Assembly: GCA_963766715.1 (NCBI GenBank)
Contig: CAVYBH010000002.1
Span: 192,001-256,000 of the forward strand
Length of the DNA stretch: 64,000 bases
Direction: 5' to 3'
Source of the DNA: an uncultured delta proteobacterium
GTDB lineage: Bacteria; Myxococcota; Myxococcia; Myxococcales; Anaeromyxobacteraceae
The notes beneath the pieces were generated by a model. It was not told where the DNA came from. It made no database searches and saw only the letters and a program-made list of their open reading frames with translations. Positions 1-9,757 of the stretch are shown piece by piece (position 1 is the first letter of the stretch; every line of letters begins with the position of its first letter). The position numbers were made by a program, and so were the translations under genes.

Positions 1-18
1 CGAGGCTGACCGTGCGGG

Positions 19-1200
19 TCAGAACGCGAAGTTGGGCACCGGGACGCTGTCGCCGGCGGGGACGGACACGGTGGACCAGGAAGAGAGGACCGTCGTGTCG
101 ACGGTGGTCACCGGGTCGGTCGTGGTCCTCTCCGCGGCGACGTCATACGAGGTGGAAGCTCCCGTGACCGGCAGGAAGGCGAGGGTGTAGGGCTCGGATG
201 GTGCCACTCACGGACACCGGCTCGCTTCGCACGATGAGCGTCGCGGACGTGGTGCCGTCTCCCACCGGAACCAGCGTTCTGGCATGAACGACGTCACCCT
301 GGTTCTCCGTCGCCGGAGGGGAGATGGTTCCGGTCGCGGAACCCGTCGCGGCTGGCAAGCGCGAAGGTCGCATTCCAGGTCGAGGTCGGGAGCGGACTGC
401 GTGAGGATCACCCCCGCACTCGCCTTCGCCGCATAGGAGGCGGTACCGGCGGTGTCGGGGACCACCGGCTGGCTCACGACATGGTACGTGATGGCCTGGT
501 CGCTGGCGTCCTTCATCGGCAGCAGGTCGAGGAGGTAGTGCCCGGTCGCGTCGGTGACCGCGGTCCGGGCGATGACCGGCCCCGCCACCCCGACGGTCTG
601 TGCGGTGACGAAGACCCCGGCGGGCAGGGTGCCGCTCGCGTTCGAGAGCGTGCCGGAGATCGAGCCGGTGACGGTCTTGTCGAAGGCACGAACGGTGGGA
701 CGCAGGATGTACTGGCCCGAGGCGCCCGCCAGGTGCACGAAGACCGATCGGTGCGCGTCGAAGTCGACGAAGACGTCGGAGGTGGTCCCGGGCCGTACGT
801 CGAAGTTCACGGGCAGCTTCACGCCCGACTGCTGGCCCGACGGAACCTTGAGCGGATGCACCGACCCGTCCGCAAGGAGCTTCACGGTGTTGCTGGGCCC
901 GAGAACGAGCCGCATCTGGCCGTAGTGGCCAGCCGGCAGGGTGGCGCCGTCCACCAGCGTCTCGGCCACTCCTCCCTGGAGGGCGAGGAGGTTGATCACG
1001 CGGTTCGGTCGCCCCAGGACGATCCAGCCGTCGCTGCCGTTGATCTCGACGGTCTGGACGTCGATGTTCACCTCGAGGTAGCCCGAGGAGGGGGCGTCGA
1101 CGAGCCGGACGGACATCTTGGCCGGCGCGCTCGTCGTGCTCGAGCCGCACGCGGCGAGCAGGGTGGCGAGGGCGATGGTGGCGAGTCTGCGTGCGTTCAT
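19..1200 (-). CDS. DUF4382-domain lipoprotein (frameshift near 365)
   Basis: Lipobox LLAAC; MSVRLVDAP...G.Y.QMRLVL...LKVPSGQQSGVKL...VDFDAHRS typical of DUF4382; C-terminus continues in the 19..207 frame. Confidence 0.8.
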
Positions 1201-1369
1201 GGTGGCTCCTGGCCCGGAAGGTGGGGGCCAGGGTTGAAACACGCGCGGCCCGGAAAAGTTCCGGCCAAAAATAAATACCTAGAAATGTCAGGTACTTGCC
1301 CGGCAGGAGTCCCGGACGCCCCTTCCGGTTGCCCGGGAACGCGACCACCGCCATCATGTGACTCGTCCG

Positions 1370-1567
1370 ATGAGCTCCTGGAGCTGCCAGTACGAGGCGG
1401 GTGGCCTCTGCAGGAAGGTGGACGGCGCCTACTGCCGCCCCGGCATGAAGGGCTGCATCCTGGTGGGCAAGGTGACGTTCCAGGACGGTGTCGTTCCGTC
1501 ACCCGTCTGGCCCGAGGGCGCGCGCCGGCGCGGCGACGCGCCCGACGAGCCGCCCCGGGACGGATGA
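1370..1567 (+). CDS. small 4-Cys hypothetical protein (65 aa)
   Basis: MSSWSCQYEAGGLCRKVDGAYCRPGMKGCILVGKVTF; GC3-rich codon usage. Confidence 0.65.
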   Translation: MSSWSCQYEAGGLCRKVDGAYCRPGMKGCILVGKVTFQDGVVPSPVWPEGARRRGDAPDEPPRDG

Positions 1568-1580
1568 CCCCCGTCGCCGG

Positions 1581-1859
1581 CTACTTCTTCAGGCTCGAGG
1601 CGTAGCGAGCGACCGCGGCAATCTCGTCGTTCGTCAGCTCGATCTTGTTCATCGGCGGCGGGTGCGAGGTCACGACCCCGACGATGGCGGCGGTCGGCTT
1701 GCCGGCGATGGCTGGCGCGGTGCCGCCCTTGGCATCGGCGCCGTGACAGGAAGCGCACGCCTTCTTGTAGATGGCCGGACCGTTGATCGTCGCGGGAGGA
1801 CCCGCCCACGCGGGAGCGGAGAGACCGACGACGACGAGTGCGGCGAGGATGCGCTTCAT
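1581..1859 (-). CDS. monoheme class I cytochrome c
   Basis: Signal peptide MKRILAALVVVGLSAPAWA, CASCH motif, candidate distal Met in PPPM. Confidence 0.9.
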   Translation of the reverse strand: MKRILAALVVVGLSAPAWAGPPATINGPAIYKKACASCHGADAKGGTAPAIAGKPTAAIVGVVTSHPPPMNKIELTNDEIAAVARYASSLKK

Positions 1860-1893
1860 GGAGTCACCTTTCGCTGGATGGTCGAGCGGGAAG

Positions 1894-1922
1894 ATTTTCA
1901 CGGCTCGGCGACCCAGCGTCAA
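1894..1922 (-). promoter_or_regulatory. possible sigma70-type promoter of the cytochrome c gene
   Basis: TTGACG-N17-GAAAAT on the minus strand, about 35 nt upstream of the ATG. Confidence 0.3.
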
Positions 1923-2023
1923 CCCGGCGACTCTCCCGGGACTCCCCGTAGCGTCGGCCCAAGAGGGGGGCTCCGCGTTCGGTTACGATGCGCCGTCCGG
2001 GCGAGCGGCCCGAGGGAGATGCC

Positions 2024-3350
2024 ATGGTCGAGGACCTGCTGCCGGCGCTGGGGGACCGCAAGGGCGGAGGCAGGGGGCGGGCTCGCCTCGCGGGAATCCT
2101 CCTCGTCGGTGCGCTGCTGGGCATCGGCTTCCTCTTCTCCGCCAACAAGGGGATCCAGGTCGCCGGCACGAACGAGTTCTGCGCCCAGGCCTGCCACACC
2201 ATGAAGCCGGCGGCCGACGCCTACCGGAGGAGCGTCCACTTCGCCAACGCCGTGGGCGTGCCGGCCACCTGCTCCGACTGCCACATCGTCTACGAGAGCA
2301 CGCGCAACAAGGGCGCCTGGCAGTGGGCCCAGCTGGTCGTCTTCAAGGCGAAGGTGGGCCTCACCGACGTCGTCGACGAGATGCGCGGGACCATCTCGAC
2401 GCCGGAGAAGTGGGAGGCCGAGCGCGCCCGGCTCGGGAAGCAGGTGCGGACCTTCGTGAAGAAGACCGACTCCCGCACCTGTCGAGGCTGTCACGAGCTG
2501 CAGGCCTTCCGTTCCGGCTCCATGTACCAGCTCGTTCACGGAAAGATGATCGAGGCGAAGGACGTCGACTGCGTCTCCTGCCACCCGGGCGTCGGGCACG
2601 TCTACGACCGGCCGCCCGCCAATGCCCCCCCGCCGGAGCGGCAGCCGGCGGTGGCCAGCATCGCCGCCGCGCAGGGCAGGCCGGGACCCGTCGGCGACCT
2701 GGTGCGCCTCGGCAAGCAGCTCTTCCAGGACACCGCGACGAATCCGGAAAGCCGCCCCTACGTGGGGAAGGACGACAAGGCCACCTGCAACTCCTGTCAC
2801 CGGAAGGAGGGGACCGACCTCGACGCGCTCCCGCTCTTCGGGGCCGCGGCCGCCTATCCCGCCGACGTGGACGGCAAGGTGATGACGCTCGAGGGGCGGA
2901 TCGCGCAGTGCTTCGCCACGCACCTCGACGGCTCGGCGCCGCCGTCGGGGAGCCCGGTCCTCGTCGCGCTCTCCACCTACGTCACGTCCCTCTCGGAGGG
3001 GCGGCGCATGGCCATGAGCGCCACCGGTGGGGGCCCCCGGGCGCTCGCGCCCATCGCGCGAGACGCGCCGTTCTGGTCGAGGATCCGATGCCGCCGCCGG
3101 CAAGACCCTGTACGGCCAGAAGTGCGCCGACTGCCACGGCGCGGACGGTGCGGGTGGCGGTGGACCGGCCGTGTGGGGGCCGGGCGCCTGGAACGCCGGC
3201 GCTTCCCTGGCCAGGCCGCCGAAGCTCGCGGCCTACGTCCAGAAGGCGATGGCGGCCTACGCCGGGAGCCTCTCCGACGAGCAGGCGCGCGACCTGGCGG
3301 CCTTCATCGACTCGCAGCCTCGCCCCGGGTTCACCCCACCCGGACGGTAG
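2024..3350 (+). CDS. hexaheme cytochrome c: NapC/NirT tetraheme domain fused to TsdA-like diheme domain (frameshift near 3085)
   Basis: N-terminal TM; CAQACH, CSDCH, CRGCH, CVSCH in NapC/NirT context; then CNSCH, RIAQCF and, after the frameshift, CADCH...WNAGA..R...KAM as in TsdA. Confidence 0.8.
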
Positions 3351-3498
3351 CCGCACCACCCCACGCGGCTGTATCGAATCGGGACGGTGCCCCGTTCCGG
3401 AACGCGGCCGCCGGCGCCCCCGTCCCCACCGGGACGGCCGGGTGCGCCGCGCTGCGTGTCGATCCGGAACGGATCCAGGGCGCGGGCCGGGAGGCGCA

Positions 3499-3514
3499 TG
3501 GCACGCGGCGTGCT
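3499..3514 (+). promoter_or_regulatory. sigma54 (-24/-12) promoter
   Basis: TGGCACGCGGCGTGCT, GG-to-GC spacing exact, about 38 nt upstream of the ATG at 3552. Confidence 0.6.
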
Positions 3515-3551
3515 CTTCTCGTCCCTGGCTGGAAAATCGGAGAGCACGCAC

Positions 3552-4355
3552 ATGACCCTTCACCGAGCGTTCTGGATCAGCTGTCTCGTCGCGGCGGGCG
3601 TGGCCCGGGCCGAGCCCGGACCCGCGGCCCCCTCTCGCCTCGAGCGGGTGAAGGCCGCCGGCGAGCTGCGGATCTGCATCTGGCCCGACTACTACTCCAT
3701 CACCTTCCGCAACCCGAAGTCGGGAGAGCTCTCCGGCATCGACGCCGCCCTGTCCCTGGCGTTCGCGAAGGACCTGGGGGTCAAGGCGGTCCACGTCGAC
3801 TCCAGCTTCCCGGCCTTCATCGGCGACCTCCTCGCCGATCGCTGCGACGTGGCCATGTTCGGGGTGGGCATGCTGCCGGAGCGGGCCGCCCGGGTTCGCT
3901 TCAGCCGGCCGTACCTCCGCTCGGACATCTGGGCGGTGACCACGCGGACCCACCCGACCGTGAAGACGTGGGACGACATCGACCGCCCGGGCCGCGTCGT
4001 CGTGGTCCAGGCCGGCACCTTCATGGAGCCGGTCATGCGGAACTGGCTCAAGCACGCGGAGCTGGTGAGCGTGAAGCCTCCCGCCACCCGCGAGCGCGAG
4101 ATCCAGTCCGGCCGCGGCGACGTGTTCATGACCGACTACCCGTACAGCCGGCGGGTCATCGACAACGCCGACTGGGCCCGGGTGATGGCCCCGGAGAAGC
4201 CGGTGTTCCCGCTCTCCTACGCCTATGCGGTGGCGCCGGGAGACGACGCCTGGCTCGCGCGCGTCGACCGGTTCGTCGCCGACATCCAGGCCGACGGCCG
4301 CCTGCGGGAGGCGGCCCACGCCGCGAAGCTCGACCCCATCGTCCTCCTCCAGTGA
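3552..4355 (+). CDS. periplasmic substrate-binding protein, family 3 (cyclohexadienyl dehydratase-like PBP2)
   Basis: Signal peptide; LERVKAAGELRICIWPDYY...SGIDAAL...FSRPYL...GRGDVFMTD. Confidence 0.85.
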   Translation: MTLHRAFWISCLVAAGVARAEPGPAAPSRLERVKAAGELRICIWPDYYSITFRNPKSGELSGIDAALSLAFAKDLGVKAVHVDSSFPAFIGDLLADRCDVAMFGVGMLPERAARVRFSRPYLRSDIWAVTTRTHPTVKTWDDIDRPGRVVVVQAGTFMEPVMRNWLKHAELVSVKPPATREREIQSGRGDVFMTDYPYSRRVIDNADWARVMAPEKPVFPLSYAYAVAPGDDAWLARVDRFVADIQADGRLREAAHAAKLDPIVLLQ

Positions 4356-7257
4356 AGGCCCCGACCGACAGCCCGGAGAGCCTCCGTCCCTGGCGAAGGG
4401 TCGAGTCCCTCGTCCGGGTCGCGTCGCTGGCCTTCGCGCTGGTGGTGGTGGCCGCCACCGTCTCGCACCTCCTGCAGCTCCGGCGCGCGCTGGAGGCGGA
4501 GGTCCAGGGGCGGACCGCGACGCTGGCCCGCGTCCTGGCGACGGACGTCGACCGGACGCTGTCCGCCCTCCAGCTCCAGTTCGACGCGGTGGCCGAGCCG
4601 CTGGAGAGCCTGGTCGCCCGGGGGCGCGTCCCCGAGGCCGACGCGCTCCTGGCGTCGCAGACCGTCCAGAACGACCTCCTCCGCGAGATGGCGATGGTCG
4701 ACTCCGCCGGCCGGATCGTCGCCTCCTCCGACCCCGGCGCACGTCGGGATGGACCTCTCCGGGAGCGAGCTGCTCTCCGCGCCCCGGGACGGACGCCTCC
4801 GGATCGGCGAGCCCACCGAGGGGCGGTCCTTCACGCCGGGTGGCAACGCCAGGAAGGGGGCGGCCTTCGCGAGGACCGGCTTCCTCCCCATCTCGCGCCC
4901 GATGGGCCGCGGGGCCGGACGCCCCCATCCTGGTCGCGATCCTCGGTGTCGACAGCGTGGTGAACGAGCTGCATCACCTGGCCGGGGAGGACCTGGAGGG
5001 ACTCACCGTCTTCCGCTACGACGGGAAGATCCTGGCCGTGAACTCCGACGCGCTGCTGGCGCCTCGCGACGGCCATCCCATCTTCCGGGACTTCCTCCCC
5101 GGGAAGGAGCAGGCCGGATTCGACGATCGCACGAGCGACGGGAAGCGGTGGCTCGCCCACTTCGACACCACCGACGGCTTCCCGGTGGTCGTCGAGGTCC
5201 GGACGCCGGAGACGGTGGTGACGTCGCGGTGGAAGGGCGAGCTGGCCGGACCGCTGCTGGTGATGGGCGCGATCCTCGTCGCCATCCTCTTCTACACCTG
5301 GCTCATCCACCTCTCGCTCCGGCGGCAGGCCGACTCGGTCGGAAAGGTGAAGACCCAGGAGCGCCGCCTGCGGAACATCCTCGACACCGCGGCCGACGCG
5401 ATCGTCACCATCGACCAGCGCGGCGTGATCCGCGAGTACAACCGGGCGGCGGAGACCGTCTTCCAGATGCCCGCCGCGGAGGCGGTCGGCCGGCCCCTCA
5501 CCGCGCTGCTTCCCCCGGAGCTGGCCGGGCACCAGGCCTATCTGGAGCGGTATCTCGCGACCGGGAGGGCCACCATCCTGGGGCACGGCCGCACGCTCCA
5601 GACCCGCCGCCGCGACGGGAAGCCCATGGTGGTGAACCTGGCGGTCAGCGAGGTGCTCGACCAGGGCGAGCGGTACTTCACCGGCATCGTCCGCGACGTC
5701 ACCGGCCTGCAGGAGGCCGAGGAGCGGTTCAGGACGCTGTTCCAGCGCTCGGGCGAGCCCCACCTCCTCTTCGACTCCTCGGGGCTCGTGGACTGCAACG
5801 ACGCGGCCACCGAGCTCCTCGGCGCCGGCGCGCGCGGCGAGATCCTGGGCATGACCCTCGCCGAGCTGGCCAGCCCGGAGCAGGGGCCCGATCGGAAGCC
5901 GGGCGCCGAGGTCCTGGCCGCCGCCGAGGCCGACGCCCGGCGGGAGGGCGTCCGGCGGCTCGAGTGGACCGCCCGCACGGTCGGCGGCCAGCCCTTCCCG
6001 GTGGAGATGACCCTGACGCCGGTCCGTCTCGCGGACCAGGACGCCATGCTGGTCGCCTGGCACGACATCGCCGAGCAGCAGCGTCACGAGCAGGAGCTTC
6101 GCGCGGCCCGCGACGCGGCGGAGGCGGCGGCGCAGGCCAAGGCGAGCTTCCTCGCCATGATGAGCCACGAGCTCCGGACGCCGATGACCGGGATCATCGG
6201 CATGATCGAGCTGCTCGGGGAGTCGGCCATGAGCGCGGAGCAGCAGCGCTTCGTCGGCGCGCTGGAACGGTCGGCCCAGTCGCTCCTCCGGGTCCTGAAC
6301 GACGTCCTCGACTTCTCGAAGATCGAGGCGGGGCGGCTCGAGCTGGAGGCGGTCGAGCTCGACCTGGCGGCGACGGCGGGCGAGGTCCTGGAGCTCCTCG
6401 GCGGCGCGGCCTCCGGGCAGGGCGACGAGCTGCGCGCCGACTGGACCGCGGAGCGGGTCCCGCGCCTGCGGGGCGACCCCACGCGCCTCCGGCAGGTTCT
6501 CGTGAACCTGGTCGGAAACGCCATCAAGTTCACCCGGAGAGGACGGGTGACCCTGTCGATCCGGTGCGCGCCCGAGACGGTGGACGGCCTCGTGCCGGTC
6601 CGGATCGAGGTCAGGGACACGGGGGAGGGGATCGCGCCCGACGTCCTCCCCACGCTCTTCCGACCCTTCCAGCAAGCCGACAGCTCGACCACCAGGAGGT
6701 TTGGCGGCACGGGACTGGGGCTCGCCATCTGCCGCCGGCTCGTCGATGCGATGGGCGGAGTCATCGGCGCCGAGAGCGAGCCGGGGCGCGGCTCCCTCTT
6801 CTGGCTCGAGGTGAAGCTGCCCCGCGTGGCGGAGCTGTCCGTCCCGCCGCCGCCGGCCGAGAAGGGACCTTCGGCTCGCGGCCTGCGCATCCTGGTGGCC
6901 GAGGACAACGGGGTGAACCGGCTGCTGATCGGAACCCGCCTGCGCCGCGGCCAGCACCAGGTGACGCTGGTCGAGAACGGCGTGAAGGCGGTGGAGGCCG
7001 TCCGGGAGCAGGATTTCGACCTCGTCCTGATGGACATGCAGATGCCCGAGCTCGACGGCGCGGGCGCCACCCGCGAGATCCGGCGCCTGCCCGGGGCCGC
7101 CGGCCGGGTGCCCATCGTGGCGCTCACCGCCGACGCGCTCCCCGGGTTCCGGGAGCAGTACATGCAGGCCGGCCTGGACGACTACCTCACGAAGCCGGTG
7201 GACTGGGACGCGCTCGACCGGGTCCTGCTCCGCTTCGCCCCGCCCCTGGCGTCGTAG
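4352..7257 (+). CDS. membrane hybrid sensor histidine kinase: Cache-like, PAS, PAS, HisKA, HATPase, REC (frameshifts near 4745 and 4910)
   Basis: GTG start overlaps the upstream TGA; two TM helices; H-box MSHELRTPM, N-box NLVGNAIKFT, DTGEGI, GGTGLGL; REC LVLMDMQMP...KP. Confidence 0.9.
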
Positions 7258-7318
7258 CGGGAGTCGCCGGCGCCCCTGGCTCCGGGGTCACTTCGGGTTA
7301 CCATGAGGAACTGGCCCC

Positions 7319-7981
7319 ATGGACCTCCAGGCCCTCCGTCTCAGCCTCACCCTCGCCGCCGCGACCACCGCGAGCCTCCTCGTCATCGGGCTGCCGCTCG
7401 CTGCCTGGCTCGCCTCGACCCGCTGGCGGCTCAAGGTGCTCGTCGAGGCGGTCGTGGCGCTGCCGCTCGTGCTGCCGCCCACCGTGCTGGGCTTCTACCT
7501 GCTCGTCGCCCTGGGGCCGCGGAGCCCGCTCGGCCAGGCCTGGATCACCACCTTCGGCCGCCCGCTGGCGTTCAGCTTCGAGGGGCTCCTCGTCGCCTCG
7601 ATCCTCTACGGGCTTCCCTTCGCGGTGCAGCCCTTCGCGGCCTCGCTGTCGTCGGTCGACCGCCGGCTGGTGGAGGCGTCGTACAGCCTGGGAGCGTCCC
7701 GGCTGCGCACCTTCCTGCGCGTGAGCCTGCCGCTGGCGGGCCCCGGCGTCCTGGCCGGCTGCATCCTGACCTTCGCCCACGCGCTCGGGGAGTTCGGCGT
7801 GGTGCTCATGGTCGGAGGCAACATCGCCGGGGAGACCCGGACCCTCTCGATCTCCATCTTCGACTCGGTGGAGCAGCTCGACTACGCCACCGCCGGCCAG
7901 ACCGCGCTCTTCCTGCTCGCGGTCTCGTTCGCGGTGCTCGTCGTCACCTACTCGCTGCGGCGGCGTCCGGTCCTCGGATGA
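7319..7981 (+). CDS. modB: molybdate ABC transporter permease
   Basis: LPLVLPPTVLGFYLL, FAHALGEFGVVLMVGGNI. Confidence 0.93.
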   Translation: MDLQALRLSLTLAAATTASLLVIGLPLAAWLASTRWRLKVLVEAVVALPLVLPPTVLGFYLLVALGPRSPLGQAWITTFGRPLAFSFEGLLVASILYGLPFAVQPFAASLSSVDRRLVEASYSLGASRLRTFLRVSLPLAGPGVLAGCILTFAHALGEFGVVLMVGGNIAGETRTLSISIFDSVEQLDYATAGQTALFLLAVSFAVLVVTYSLRRRPVLG

Positions 7982-9084
7982 GCCCGCGCCTCCTCCTCGA
8001 CGTCGAGCGGCATCACCGGGGCGGGCCGACCATCCGGGCGGCGCTGGACGTGGAGCTCGATCCCGGCCAGGTGCTCGTCCTCTTCGGCCCGTCCGGATCG
8101 GGAAAGACCACGGTCCTGCGATGCCTGGCGGGACTGGACCGCCCGGACGCGGGGTTCATCCGCTTCGACGGGGAGACCTGGTTCGACGGCGCGGCCCGCG
8201 TCTTCGTGGCGCCGCAGCGGCGAGGCGTGGGCCTCCTGTTCCAGGACCACGCGCTCTTCCCGCACCTGTCCGTGGAGGCGAACGTCGGCTACGGGCTCCA
8301 CGGCGCACCGGCCCCGGAGCGGAGGGAGCGGGTGCGGGAGATGGCCCGCCTCCTCGGGATCGAGGACCTGCTCGCGCGGCGTCCGGGGCAGCTGTCCGGG
8401 GGGCAGCGTCAGCGGGTGGCGCTGGCCCGGGCGGTGGCCGTGCGCCCCAGGCTGCTCCTGCTCGACGAGCCGCTCTCGGCGCTCGACGAGCCCACCAGGG
8501 AGGACCTGCGCGGCGAGCTGCGCACGCTCCTCCAGCGAATGGGCGTGCCCTCCGTGGTCGTGACGCACGACCGCACCGAGGCCCTCGCCCTGGGCGATCG
8601 GCTGGCGGTCCTGGCGGAGGGGGGCATCCGCCAGGTGGGGGCGGTCCACGAGGTCTTCAGCCAGCCGGCCGACGTGGAGGTGGCCCGCATCGTCGGCACG
8701 GAGAACGTGACGCCCGTCCGGATCGTCGGGCGGGAGGGAGGGCTGGTGCGGTTCCAGGTCGGGGGCGCCCAACTGGTGGCCGTCGACCCCGGACACCTCG
8801 ACGGAGAGGCCTTCGCGTGCATCCGGGCCGAGGAGGTGATGCTGGAGCGGGGCGCCGACGCGGTGACGAGCGCGCGCAACCAGCTCCCCGGCACGGTCGT
8901 GGCCATCACGCGGGAGGGACCGCTCCTGCGCGTGACGCTCGACTGTGGATTTCGGCTGGTGGCGCTCGTGACCCGGCCCGGCGCCGAGCAGGTGGGGCTC
9001 GCCGTGGGGCAGCCCGCCGTGGCGCTCGTCAAGGCGCCGGCGATTCGCCTCGTGCCGCGGGGAAGCGGCCCGGGAAGGGGCTAG
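7978..9084 (+). CDS. modC: molybdate ABC transporter ATP-binding protein with TOBE domain
   Basis: Walker A GPSGSGKT, LSGGQ signature, LLLDEP, C-terminal SARN TOBE motif; ATGA overlap with modB. Confidence 0.9.
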   Translation: MSPRLLLDVERHHRGGPTIRAALDVELDPGQVLVLFGPSGSGKTTVLRCLAGLDRPDAGFIRFDGETWFDGAARVFVAPQRRGVGLLFQDHALFPHLSVEANVGYGLHGAPAPERRERVREMARLLGIEDLLARRPGQLSGGQRQRVALARAVAVRPRLLLLDEPLSALDEPTREDLRGELRTLLQRMGVPSVVVTHDRTEALALGDRLAVLAEGGIRQVGAVHEVFSQPADVEVARIVGTENVTPVRIVGREGGLVRFQVGGAQLVAVDPGHLDGEAFACIRAEEVMLERGADAVTSARNQLPGTVVAITREGPLLRVTLDCGFRLVALVTRPGAEQVGLAVGQPAVALVKAPAIRLVPRGSGPGRG

Positions 9085-9613
9085 GAGGCGTTCCGCGGAG
9101 CGCCGGGCTCGACGGGGGTCGAGGTCATGGCGTCGACCGCCGGAGCAGCTCGAGCGCCATCTGCCAGTCGGTCCAGGACTCGACCTTCGACGAGTCGTCG
9201 CCGGCCACGTCCGCGTCGCGCGTGAAGACGACCACGCAGCCGGCGGGGGGAACCGCGGTGCCGGAGGCCTGGTAGCGGACCGACGCCGAGTTCCAGTCGG
9301 TCGCGACCAGCAGGCGGCCGTCGTGCAGGTCCTGGGTCTGGAATCCCAGCGAGAAGAAGTTCGCCATGCCCGACCGCGGCGGCTGGCCCGCGGCCGCGCG
9401 GTCGTCGCCCACCAGCTGGAACTCCTTGCTGGCGAGGAGCCGCAGCACCTCCGGCCACAGCGACGGGCAAGGCCTGGGGTAGACGTGGACGCCGGCGTCG
9501 TCCGGGGGCGCGCCGTGAGCCGAGGCCTCCCGGGTCGCGGTGCATCCCGCGCCGGCGAGGAGCGCCACGCCCGCCGCGAGGGCCAAGGTCCACCGGTGAA
9601 TCCCCGTCCGCAT
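9081..9613 (-). CDS. hypothetical lipoprotein (probable frameshift near 9140)
   Basis: Hydrophobic signal ending AGAGC; coherent coding sequence. Confidence 0.6.
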
Positions 9614-9757
9614 CCCAGCCTCCCGATCCCAGCACGACGGTAAGACGCCCGGAGGGCGGGCTGCATCCGTCTCTTGGGGCCGGCCACGCACGGGGCGGGT
9701 CCTCTCGACGCCGGCGCTCGTTGCGCTCGAGGTGCGCGCGTGCTTACTTCCGCCGCC

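Noticed and set aside
1988..4963. 991-aa ORF apparently fusing the cytochrome, PBP region and kinase N-terminus
   Set aside because: Read-through caused by the indel near 3085; the middle part is an off-frame shadow of the PBP gene.
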